NCBI GenBank assembly: GCA_010909165.1 | Contig: MU008151.1 | Coordinates: forward strand, 62,001 to 126,000 | Source: Anthoceros angustus | Lineage: Eukaryota; Plantae; Anthocerotophyta | Length of the DNA: 64,000 nt | Direction: 5' to 3' | In this document: positions 1-10,145 of the stretch, one piece after another | How positions within the stretch are numbered: position 1 is the stretch's first letter | How the letters are laid out: each line of letters starts with the position of its first letter | Made by a program: the position numbers and the translations under genes | Notes under the pieces: generated by a model | Database searches by the model: none | The model's input: the letters and a program-made list of their open reading frames with translations, nothing else | Told to the model about the DNA's origin: nothing

Positions 1-750
1 CGATGCGCGTCTGCTTCCTTTCTCACCTGCCATCTCTATTCCCTCAACCTTTTGAAATTCAGCAAACATCTACATTTTAGTATCCGTCGCCTCCGCGAGC
101 GCTCCACAAGAGGACGTCCAGAAGGTGTGGTGACAAGACGGAACAACGGCAGCCCCAGCCTGGGAAATGCACACTCTGTTCAACAGGAGGAGCTTGCGGC
201 CCAGGATTGTAGTGCAGCTGTCAGACCAGGCAGCTGTGACTTCCATTTGAACATTCAGTTCGGGAGAAGGAAGGGTTCAAATTTGGAAATCACAGTTCGG
301 CCCACACTCAGGTTCCTGCTCCGCCCGCTCTCAACACTTGACAAACATGCATACGGGGAGACACCACCAACTTTCTTGTCTCTTCTTCTCTTTTCATCAT
401 CTTCTTGCGGGAGGCGGCAGTAGCAGGAACATAAAGTTATGTCAGCTTAGGTTTATTGATCAGTCACTCTAATGATATGTACAACCGTCACACTTTTCAG
501 TGACGCCAAGAGAAGATTCACCTTCTCGTATTCAAACGAAAAAAACCAAAGTCTCTTAAGTACAAAGCATGTGCCTTGTGCTCCATTGGGCAGGCTAGGG
601 ATTGTGACTTCTCTCATCACATGCCTTCAGTTGCGTTGCCGTGTTCGCCATCTGAAGGAAGTTGTTCACTTGCTCACTCACCCGTAAGCAAAGGAAAACA
701 AAGCACGGAAAACAAACTCGTCGTCGGTGTCACCCGGCCCTAGTAACACC

Positions 751-777
751 TGCTGCTGCTGCTGCTGCTGCTGCTGC
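751..777. repeat. (CTG)n microsatellite, ~9 units
   Basis: ctgctgctgctg... read directly from the sequence. Confidence 0.9.
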
Positions 778-1287
778 CACCAAAAACATTCCCATATGTC
801 AGAAAATCCACATCGCTGCCCGAGGCACAGTATCCGGTCTCACTGTGGATACTAGGATTCCCCCCACCGCTTTACAGCCAGATGCATAGCACACCGGAAT
901 GGACCTTCACAGTGAACCTTGCTATCTTTTCTTTCTTCGTGGGAATATTCTGCTTACTACAAACCCACCTGTAACTAAACAGGCTCGCAAATGCCTGCTT
1001 CTCCACACCACCTTTGTCAGATTGTGTGGATGTACAGACAGTCAACGAGAAAAAGACTGCTTTCTGATGAACCTCCTACCCTCCTCGTCTGACAAAACTG
1101 TCCAAGTCGTCCACCTACGCTCGAGATTCTGGTCCGCAACAGGGCCAGCATGATGGTCAAGGTTGCCACAGAGCAGACACACGACTTCATCAAGCGAAAG
1201 ACTGGTTGACATGTCTCATTTCGCAGAAAGCCCTCAGAGAAGGCAACCAGCTGCTCAGGAAGGTGGGATCCCACTCCTACATCTGTA

Positions 1288-3507
1288 TTAAACATATTTT
1301 CCACGGTATCTGGGTCGAGAATCCAAGAGATCACACGGTGCGACAGAAATATGGGCACGCACAAGTGTCTTGCAATTGCACGACTGCATTTTCAAAGATG
1401 AGTCTTCCACTCTACCGAGTCGACTCACTGCAGGTGAAGAAACAGGCCTTCCAGACTCGCTGTCTGCCGAGTCTGCCTTGCAGTACATACATTCGGACTC
1501 ACCATTCGCAGGCAACACCACTGAGTGGATACTACCCTTCTCCCTGTGCAGCTCTAGCAGTCTTACATGGTTCTCTCTGAACTCCAAATGCTTCCTGGCT
1601 GCAGCATCTGCCATCTCTGCAGTGTACCGACATGTTTTCTCCATGGTCAACAAACAACGACTGTACTTAGTGCTAAGTATCTGCTCACTGCTTGCCCGTA
1701 GCTGGAAACACGGATGTGCTGGGAAGTAGTTCTCAGCACACTCATCCCTCGCTGCGGGAAAGAAGAACACCAACCTCCCGCCCTGGACAAGAAGTCGGGC
1801 AGCCATATCCAACAGATCATGAACGCACTCCGCCAGGGTGTAGGGAGCCGTGGATGGAATGTGTGCTGCTCTTTTCTCGGTTGGGATTGTGTAAGGCTCC
1901 CTGGTTCCATTCAACATCTTCCGGCCACCAGATTTGCGACCACCAGCACGCACTCCATACGGCGGATCACAGATAATGGCATCAAAAACCTGAAGACGAA
2001 GAGGCCATTCAGAAGCAATATGGCAAGAAGACACAAGTAGCTCGGAGTACACAGGAACGGCCATAAAACATGTAGCACTTCAATAGCCAAGAGATTTTTT
2101 TTCTACCAGCACGAGCCTCAAAGTTATGCCATAAGCGATTGCAGCATACGTTCAGACCAAAATACACACCTCTGATAAGTCTTTGCGCCAGGGTGGCGAG
2201 TTGTTGTCTGCCCTTATCAGCCCCACCGGAGAATGTAAATTATACTGCAGCCAAAATTCGTATGAGCTTCACATGCCACAACTATCTCATGCAATACTCC
2301 AATGATCCAATAGACTGAACTACAGCAGCAGGACAGCAAACCAATTCGGGACATAGTCCCTTCCGCAAACAACAACCCTACCTGCGTGAAGTTACTCCAA
2401 ACGTTGCAATCCGGGCCTCGTCCATCACGAACAACCCTGATGTCTATGTCTGCGCCCTGAATAGACCAAAAGCAGACTGTCTCAAAACTTGAGCAGATAA
2501 AAGTAAAGCAGGCAATCTCCTCGCAGTGGTGACCAGTCAGAAGCCAGCAGACAGGTACTGGAGAAAGGACAACAAGAGGAAGACACTAACCAAGGTAAAA
2601 GCACCATAGTGAGCAGCTGCCACAAGGATACTCCCAGTGCCAACAAATGGATCATAAACAAGCTTGCCAGGCCGTACTAGAGCCTGATTTGCCATCAAGA
2701 ACGCCATTTCTGCATCCATAGCTGTTGGCCCAAGATACTTTCGACTGCTGAGCTCATACTTTGGCACCAAACTTCTATCCGCGCCACCAATTTCTCGCCC
2801 AAAATAATAAACCTTCATAACGGACGGTGGTAATCCATTGTTTGTTGCTAGTCCATTCGCCAGCGACTGCACGTCACTCTCAATCATCCAGAATCTGTGC
2901 TCAGGTTTCTTCAACTGCACATGGCCCTGCTTGGCGCACAAAGCAAAATCAGCTTCCACACCAATCATTCAATAGCCTCAGTATGGCCATTCCCATCAGC
3001 TTTGAAGATACTGCAGGATACTCACTCGAAATGGAATAAATGCACAACTGTCAATACGCTCCTTCTGCTCCTCAGAGCTCAGCGCTCTTCCAAAACAGTC
3101 CACAACGATCTTGAAAGTGCTGCCTTCGCTGAGAAATGGAGACTTCCTGTCGTCCGGGTAACTCGCAACTGCTTCCTTAAGCTCCTGAAAAGAATTCCCT
3201 TCTCCCCAAACCTCAAACATCCCTTTCACCAAAAGACCTGCACGCAGAAACAAAGCTGATCGTAAGAGACTGACGAGCCTTGCACAGCCTTGGGGTTTGG
3301 GGTTTAAGACATACTGCGACATGCAACTTGGCGTGCCAGGTCTTCTGACGGCAAGTTCACAAAATAAAATGGAGAATCTGGATGCAGCGATTCCGACTGC
3401 TTCCATTGCAAAGCCGTCCCGTCTGCTCCGTGCAGAGTAGCCAAAGCCTCAACCTCAGGCAGCCGATAGTCCAGTAGCCGGTGGAGAAAATAGCAAAGGT
3501 ACCACAT
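1288..3507 (-). CDS. TRM11: tRNA (guanine-10-N2)-methyltransferase, multi-exon
   Basis: N-terminus MWYLCYFLHRLLDYRLPEVE (ATG at 3507); SAM motif YDPFVGTGSIL; DAIICDPPYGVRAG; C-terminus RPRYRGKYV*. The ORF pieces are joined by short GT-AG introns; exact exon boundaries were not all resolved. Confidence 0.92.
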
Positions 3508-3732
3508 TTCTCCAATCAATGGCAACAAGGCAGCCGCCCCTCAGCCCAAGCCCAGATAACAGTACCATGTAACCCCTGCACAGTGAGGATCAAGCACAAA
3601 CCGCGGCCTCCAGCAATGTTGCTGTATCTGAGGGCAACAGCAAGACACTACCAAACTGATTTGAGAGTTTCAAATCAGTATTCCCCTTCTTTGGTGGTGG
3701 GCTTCGCTGAAACCTACGCTGATGCAGATGCC

Positions 3733-3741
3733 AAACCCTAA
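3733..3741 (+). promoter_or_regulatory. telo-box AAACCCTAA in the ~400-bp divergent promoter between TRM11 and TRAPPC6
   Basis: Exact motif between head-to-head ATGs at 3507 (-) and 3913 (+). Telo-boxes are common in plant translation-related promoters. Confidence 0.5.
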
Positions 3742-3912
3742 GCACGCTCTACCAGTATGTCCTCTTTCTCTAGCAACTGGTGCTTGCCTTCCGTCATGGT
3801 CTCGCGGAAACCTACGCTTGTTGTTGCAAATGGCAAACCGTAAGCACGTTGCAACGAGTAGATCCTTGCTGTAAGAGCTGGTTGAACGTGGTGACTTTCC
3901 TCAGCCAGAGCT

Positions 3913-4440
3913 ATGCCGACTGCAGGGACGAGGGAGGTGGCGGAGAGCGTGGTGGACAGTCTAAACATCGAGCTGGTGGCCACGTATTGCAAGCGCCTGC
4001 TACCCACGAAGCCGGATCTAGCAGCTCGGCGGATTGAGGCTATCGGTTACCAGGTGGGCCTGCAGCTGGCCGAGCGCTATACCAAGGACCGGCCCAGATT
4101 CGCGGACCATCTTGAAGTGATCAAATTTATCTGCAAGGACTTCTGGGCCGAGGTCTTCAAGAAGCAGATTGACAATTTGAAAACGAATCACAGAGGTGTG
4201 TTTGTGCTGCAGGACACCCGGTTCAGGTGGCTCACCCGCATATCTATTGACCTGCCCATGACCAATTCTTCGGTGGACACTTCTCCGACTGCGAGGGCTG
4301 CCCAGGCTGCAGGCCCATACCTGTACTTCCCTTGTGGCCTGATACGAGGGGCTCTGACAAATCTGGGTGTGGCCTGTGCTGTTTCTGCCGAGGTTACCAC
4401 TTTGCCTGCCTGCTCCTTCGTGGTTCGCATCAAGGTTTGA
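3913..4440 (+). CDS. TRAPPC6: TRAPP complex subunit 6 (TRS33), single exon, 175 aa
   Basis: IEAIGYQVGLQLAERYTKDRPRF, IKFICKDFW, FKKQIDNLKTNHRGVFVLQD and FPCGLIRGAL are diagnostic TRAPPC6 segments. Confidence 0.95.
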   Translation: MPTAGTREVAESVVDSLNIELVATYCKRLLPTKPDLAARRIEAIGYQVGLQLAERYTKDRPRFADHLEVIKFICKDFWAEVFKKQIDNLKTNHRGVFVLQDTRFRWLTRISIDLPMTNSSVDTSPTARAAQAAGPYLYFPCGLIRGALTNLGVACAVSAEVTTLPACSFVVRIKV

Positions 4441-5139
4441 AGGCGCGGAATGTATGTGCATTTATGTAACCGGTATGGTCTTATGAGCAGCAGTTGCCCA
4501 CCAGGCATATGTCGAGTTGCGGATCAGTGTACAGGTTGCAAAGGAAATCCTTCTACGGTTTGTGGGGGATGGTAGCTTGATTAGGACCGTCATGAAAATG
4601 CAAGAACGCAGGTTGCCACTTCTTCTCTTCTTTACCCGACAGGCAGTACGCAAGGATTAGCTTGTAGTCGCAGATGGTTTTCAATGGGCCTGCCGATTAG
4701 GGCAGGCAGACTTGTGGACTCTTATACATTACGGAAGGGGGCTATCGAGAAGTGCCCCCGATCATCAACTTAGATTGCCAGGAGCTATGGAGCTTTCATT
4801 GCTGGCCTTCACACAAATTTGTTCGATGCGAGAAATTTTGTTGTTGCACTCTTTTCGTTAGCATGTGGGCAATGCTCACCATGAAAGGGGTTTGAAATCT
4901 AGTCACTATCACTGCTGTCCGTAAAGTATAAACAATCAACATTCGGTCAATCGAAAAAATCACATTCGTCTCCTAATTCACTTTTGTGCCCTAGTCTATG
5001 CTGAATCTACGGTGAGGGCTGGAACAACATTCCGCAGTAGAGGAGTCGGCTTTGGCCACTAGTGGACAGATGCTGAAAATTTTCTACGAGGGCCCTGTGC
5101 GATGACATATCATGGATGTGAGGTCAGGAGGAAGTCAGT

Positions 5140-6549
5140 CTACTCGTCAGGAAGGAATTCTGGATCTGCAATCAAGTTCTCCATGTGCTCTCCTTTCAAA
5201 CCCACAAAGACGTTAAAGTACCCATCACCTTTGTGGCTGGGAAGCATGATCACAGACCCATCAAAGGGGTTATTTCCTGGACTTGCGAAAATTGGCTTAC
5301 CGGAGCCCATATCAGCATCCATGAACCCCATCCGTACCCAACTAGCAGCTGACACGTCATGGCCCGCACTCTCCCCTGCATTAACATTCATAACCAAGGG
5401 CGAGCTCTGAGCCTCGACAAAAGCCAGCAGTGAGTTCATGTACTCGCTTGTGAAGCCTGCAATGGCATCCCGTATACACTGCGCAGAGAACGAGAGGGGT
5501 TTGTTGGCAACGTCTCCTGCATCAGCCACGGCGTTCACAAAGCAGATGCAATTCCCAAAGTATCCCTGGGGCAACTTAGGCTTGAATCTCGCCCTAGCAT
5601 CCAAAGTGGTCAGAAACTTGGTCTTTCGCTCAGGCTGGAGATGTCGTGCTTTTGTGATACACCTCCACACGTGAGCATTGATGCTCTCAAAGGTGGAGTA
5701 GGTCTGATCTGCTCCTGCCATAGCCAAGGCCTTGATCCTCTTCAGCTGACCTGGGCTGAACACAAACATCCTCTCGGCCGGCCAGAGGAACGGATCGGGC
5801 TTGGGCAAGCTTGCAGCAAGATCAGGCACAACCCTCAATTCTGAGGGGCTGAAGGCAGGATCCAGGGTTCCCCTGGCCTTGAGCAGAGTTCTGTCATGGA
5901 CAGGGGGCAACGACAGCTCCCTGCCTCTGGCCATCTCTGACAGAGAGTTGACGAACATGTTGACAGACAGCCCATCTGTGCAGGCGTGGTTGACGGTCAC
6001 CACCAGGGCAGCTCCCCCACAAGCAAACCGAGTAACCTGGTTGCAGCACACCCGATCAGACCCAACTGCATCAAACAAACAAAGTCCAATCCCAGGGCAG
6101 GACAGGACAGGTACCTGAACGTAGGTCACGGGGCAATCGAACACCGCATCTCCCACCACAGCCGGACCCGGATCCAGCAGCTGCGTGTAGAGAGGATTCG
6201 GCTGGAAATCCCCGAAATCCGACAGCCTCCCGCTCACCTCAGCCTCCACAAACTCGATCCCGGCGTCGTTACACAGCAGCTCCAGCTTCCTGTCCTGCCT
6301 TCTCCGAATCCTCCCTGCAGTCGGGTAGAAGGGCACCAGGAGGCGGGACAGCGCATCCTTGATCCCCTCCACCGGCAGCACCTCCTGCCCGTCCTCCCGA
6401 GCAGCGTAGAAAAGCAGCACCGGAATGTGGCGAGGCCGCACAAAGTGATCTGCCCCGGAGAAAGACAGCACCCTGTTGTGCCCGGCTGGAGTCGCCGGCA
6501 ATACGGTACACGATTCCCTGGACACCACCCTCATGCTCTCCCGCACCAT
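5140..6549 (-). CDS. BAHD acyltransferase (HCT-like fold), 2 exons, intron 6037-6114
   Basis: FYPTAGRI, QVTRFACGG, HxxxD = HACTD, GYFGN, DFGWG-equivalent DMGSG. A 78-nt GTAC...CAG intron lies at the conserved 'Q' position and happens to be in frame with no stop. Confidence 0.92.
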   Translation of the reverse strand: MVRESMRVVSRESCTVLPATPAGHNRVLSFSGADHFVRPRHIPVLLFYAAREDGQEVLPVEGIKDALSRLLVPFYPTAGRIRRRQDRKLELLCNDAGIEFVEAEVSGRLSDFGDFQPNPLYTQLLDPGPAVVGDAVFDCPVTYVQVPVLSCPGIGLCLFDAVGSDRVCCNQVTRFACGGAALVVTVNHACTDGLSVNMFVNSLSEMARGRELSLPPVHDRTLLKARGTLDPAFSPSELRVVPDLAASLPKPDPFLWPAERMFVFSPGQLKRIKALAMAGADQTYSTFESINAHVWRCITKARHLQPERKTKFLTTLDARARFKPKLPQGYFGNCICFVNAVADAGDVANKPLSFSAQCIRDAIAGFTSEYMNSLLAFVEAQSSPLVMNVNAGESAGHDVSAASWVRMGFMDADMGSGKPIFASPGNNPFDGSVIMLPSHKGDGYFNVFVGLKGEHMENLIADPEFLPDE

Positions 6550-7651
6550 TGCCCTCCGCCTCTCAGTTTGTCAGAGCTGCAAACACGGTCACTGACTACA
6601 TATATAGAGCAACACGGAGGCTGTAATTTCGCTGCAAGTGCATCTCCCGATCTCCGAGATGACTAGCATACCACGACCACATATAACAGCTTTCTTCGAT
6701 TGTCTTTATGCATACATGGGTTGCAGCAGCGACAATCCGATCTTTTCTGACTACAGCCCAAACGCTTGGGTGGAAATCCTCTGGCCATGCTCGGGAAGGG
6801 GATGTGTCAGACGACCCAGCTACATCTATTATGACAGCAACCCTGTGCCATTGTGGGAGGCGGCCTCGCCAACACCTGTTATGCAGCATCATGAAGGTGA
6901 TCAAGCTTCGATATGAATCCTACTTCTACTTTTGCTCGCAGGATGTCCTTGAAGATCAAAGCATCCTCCCTGTCTTCATGGTTGATCACAAACAAGTCAG
7001 CAACCTCGAGAAAGGAGCCAGGAATGTTGAAACCAGGCAGAGTATGGTATTCGCAGTTTTACTATGCAGTATGTTTTGGCAGTTTTTGCTCATTCCATAT
7101 CGATCTGACAAACTGAACACCCACTGCAAGTGAAAACTGAATAGATGCTGGATGAAGGCCTTCCCCATCCCATACAGCTATGAGAAATTGAATATGAAAG
7201 AACCTTTGCAGCGCAAGGCCTATCACCATGGAGTGGACATCATAGCATCTCGCACCAAGGTCTAGAGCGATGGAGCCGATATCGTTCTTTGAATTCAATG
7301 GCCAATCCAGACTGAGGAAAAAAACCACTAGGTGCCAGACCAACGTTTCGCTTCGATCAGAAAAGGGAATGGCAGAGTCTATGGAATATGTAACCGATGG
7401 CCCTGAAAACTTCGTTACTAGGTCTTCGGTTTCAGCTTTTCACACTGGTAGCTGATGCGACCTTATCGGCACTCCTGTGGACGTGAAGGAGCAAGCAGGC
7501 TTTTGTGCGATCCCGCGCCAGCTGGCACGAGAATCGGAGCTTGTTGTGGGGAGCGCGATGGCGGGCGTCCATGGGAGCTGCCCGGAGGTGCGTCGTGAGG
7601 GGAGAGGGAGGGAATGACGAGAAAGGGAGGATGCGGACGTGAAGATTGAGG

Positions 7652-9451
7652 ATGAGGTTGGTGTGCCTCAACCTCGGCATCAGCCTGAGGAGCAATGGCG
7701 CGCAGGAGGTGCATCACAGCCTGAGTGAGGCCAGGTTGCTGCGGGACAGGGCTGCCAATGGCGAGGCTTTGCAGAGGATGGCGCAGCCGCCCTACCGGAC
7801 GGTGGAGGTGGCAGCGCAGAGCGTGACTCTGACGGTGCCTCCGGTGGAGGAGATGGATCTTGAGCAGTCCATGCGACAATTCGGTGCAGTGGAAATTCAG
7901 GAGCAGTGCTCGGTCTCGGATATGGCGCGGACGCAGCCTGTCTTGCCGGATTCTTTGGATGAATTCTTGGAAGGCAGGGAGGATCCGGGGGAATCCCCTT
8001 CTGCGGACCTGCCTGACGGCGGCGGCAGCGGGAGCGGGGCCAAGAAGAAGAGGGAGTGGACGGGGCCGCGGAGGACGAAGAGGAGGCCGCCGCAGCCTCC
8101 TTGGACTGAGGAGGAAACGCGGGAGAGAGTGGAGCTGGTGCTGGACTCCATTCTTGATAGCGAGGATGAGGTGGAGATTGCTGTAAGTAGTGTTTTGGAT
8201 TCGTGGTTGGGAAAGATCACGAGAGTAGATTTAGGCGGTGTCATCAAGGAGCTGGGAAGGGAAAGACGGGCGGATATGGCCTTGGAAGTCTTTAGGTGGA
8301 TGCAGCGACAGAGAGGCCGGCTGAAACCTCAGAGACACGTTTTGAGCTTGATTCTTGGCGTTCTTGGCCGCGCAGGTATGCTTACTGCTGCGAGGGAGAT
8401 TTTTGACTTCTACTTGGAAGCAGAGGCGGACAATGTCCATTTTTACAACAGTATGATCTCAGCGTATGCACACCATGGAAGCTTCGATCAGGCGTGCGCC
8501 TTGTTCCAAGAAATGTGTCACAGAAATGTGGTACCTAGTGAGGTGACTTTCAACACACTCTTCACAGGGATTGCCCTGTCGGGTTCTTCTGCGGATCAGG
8601 TCGCGGAGTTGTTCTCAACTATGAAGCGATTCAACTTGGAACCCAGCACACGGACATTCAATGCTATGATTTCGGTTTGTGTAAAGAGTGGTGACCCGAC
8701 GTTGGCATCTGAGGTATTGAAGGATATGCGTCGTGTTGGCCAGGAGCCGGACATCTTCACATACAACGCTCTCATCAACATGTACAGTAAAGCTGGCAGT
8801 CTGGAGGAAGCTATACGGACCTTGGACGAATTGAAGACTGCAGGGTTTAGGCCAAACTGTGTAACTTACTGTGAGCTTATTCAGATGATGATGAGGGCTG
8901 CTAAGCCCTTGGAAGCCATCAGACTGGTGGATGAGATGCTAAATGCAGGTTGCGTGGTGGATGTAACTGCTTACAGCATAGCGATTTCTGCATATGGTAG
9001 AGCAGGGCAGGCTGTCCAAGCAGGTCAGGTTTTCAGCCAGCTGAGGCAGGCGGGTTTAAGGCCGAGCGTTGTGACGTGGAGTTCGCTGATACAGGCGTTC
9101 AACAAGCAGGGGATGTTTGAGGAGGCTGGTACCTATTTTGCTGACATGCTAGCTTCTGGTTGTCAGCCTGACCTCACACTGTTCAACATAATGTTGAGTG
9201 GCTATGGCAGAGAAGGCCTGGTAGTCAAGGCTTCAACCATTTTCCGGGAGATGGAGGTTCGGAAAATCAAACCTGACGCCATGTCCTACAATGCCATGAT
9301 TCACGCCTATTGCCATGCAGGGCAGCAGCAGAAAGCAAGAGAACTGTACAAGCAGATGGTAGAAGCAGGTTTTAGTCCCGACAAAATCAGTAAGGCGTTC
9401 CGAGTTGGTCGTGCCAAGACCGCACAACGCCCTTTGCAAAGACATTCTTGA
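7652..9451 (+). CDS. P-class pentatricopeptide repeat protein (~10 P motifs), single exon
   Basis: Tandem 35-aa motifs (YNSMISAYAHHG, FNAMISVCVKSG, YNALINMYSKAG, WSSLIQAFNKQG, YNAMIHAYCHAG). First ATG is at 7652; the ORF track starts at a TTG. Confidence 0.92.
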   Translation: MRLVCLNLGISLRSNGAQEVHHSLSEARLLRDRAANGEALQRMAQPPYRTVEVAAQSVTLTVPPVEEMDLEQSMRQFGAVEIQEQCSVSDMARTQPVLPDSLDEFLEGREDPGESPSADLPDGGGSGSGAKKKREWTGPRRTKRRPPQPPWTEEETRERVELVLDSILDSEDEVEIAVSSVLDSWLGKITRVDLGGVIKELGRERRADMALEVFRWMQRQRGRLKPQRHVLSLILGVLGRAGMLTAAREIFDFYLEAEADNVHFYNSMISAYAHHGSFDQACALFQEMCHRNVVPSEVTFNTLFTGIALSGSSADQVAELFSTMKRFNLEPSTRTFNAMISVCVKSGDPTLASEVLKDMRRVGQEPDIFTYNALINMYSKAGSLEEAIRTLDELKTAGFRPNCVTYCELIQMMMRAAKPLEAIRLVDEMLNAGCVVDVTAYSIAISAYGRAGQAVQAGQVFSQLRQAGLRPSVVTWSSLIQAFNKQGMFEEAGTYFADMLASGCQPDLTLFNIMLSGYGREGLVVKASTIFREMEVRKIKPDAMSYNAMIHAYCHAGQQQKARELYKQMVEAGFSPDKISKAFRVGRAKTAQRPLQRHS

Positions 9452-9869
9452 GAGGAAACCCTCTCGTTGTAGTTAGCTCTGAATCGTCTGACAACGTAGG
9501 CGACAGGTAGGCGAAAGGTGGGCTCTCGAGGGGGGTATTACGGGGCCTAGTTCCTCTTATGTGAATAAAAGTTTGAAGGGCAAGGGATTGGGGTGATGAG
9601 GCTTAATATCATTTACGCAGTCGTTAGGGCTACGCAAGCAGGGTAGTGGTGAAATCGGGACAGGGACACCCGGTATTCAGGCCGACATCCTTTGCGGATG
9701 TTTTTGTTGATATCCCGAGGCTTGCCCAAACGGCAGCTCGGAATGGAAGAGAGGGTCATTGCGTGTGTCCGTTACACATGAAGAGTGCTTGCCAGCCGAA
9801 TTGATGCCTATACCATCAATATTTTTCGTCCTCAGCATGAACTCGAAAGTAACTTGAACCATACTGGAA

Positions 9870-10145
9870 TCAGGCCGAAGATGAGCACAGCATAATGTCT
9901 GTCAAACGAATCCAATCCGTGATGACTCCGTGGTAAGCCAACAGCTGTAGTGGGTCTAACCACAAGTCCATATACTGATCTGCATTCCGACTAATAATCC
10001 TGCAAATTGAGCTTGCAGGATTACGAGTTGGCTGCAGGGCTCTAGTTGGCTTCTCTACTTCGGATATGCAGACAATGGCATTGCTCCAAGCAACGCAAAC
10101 CCCACAGATTTCCACGATAAGGTCCCTGGGTATAATGTGCAGAGC
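9870..10145 (-). pseudogene. degenerate remainder of the DYW deaminase domain after the premature TAG
   Basis: The in-frame continuation ALHIIP..ICGVCVAWSNAIVCISEVEKPTR aligns by eye to the DYW segment (Y)AL..TP..KNLRVCxDCH.A...ISKVE.R; CxxC is lost. Confidence 0.6.

Noticed and set aside
1-1280. Coding gene in the first 1.3 kb
   Set aside because: The ORFs have no recognisable motifs; the region is consistent with UTR or intergenic DNA (a possible minus-strand ATG near 33 cannot be evaluated).
5986-6666. 226-aa plus-strand ORF, and similar long antisense ORFs over the PPR, TRFL and ABCB genes
   Set aside because: These are shadow ORFs on the antisense strand of GC-rich coding sequence, with no recognisable motifs.
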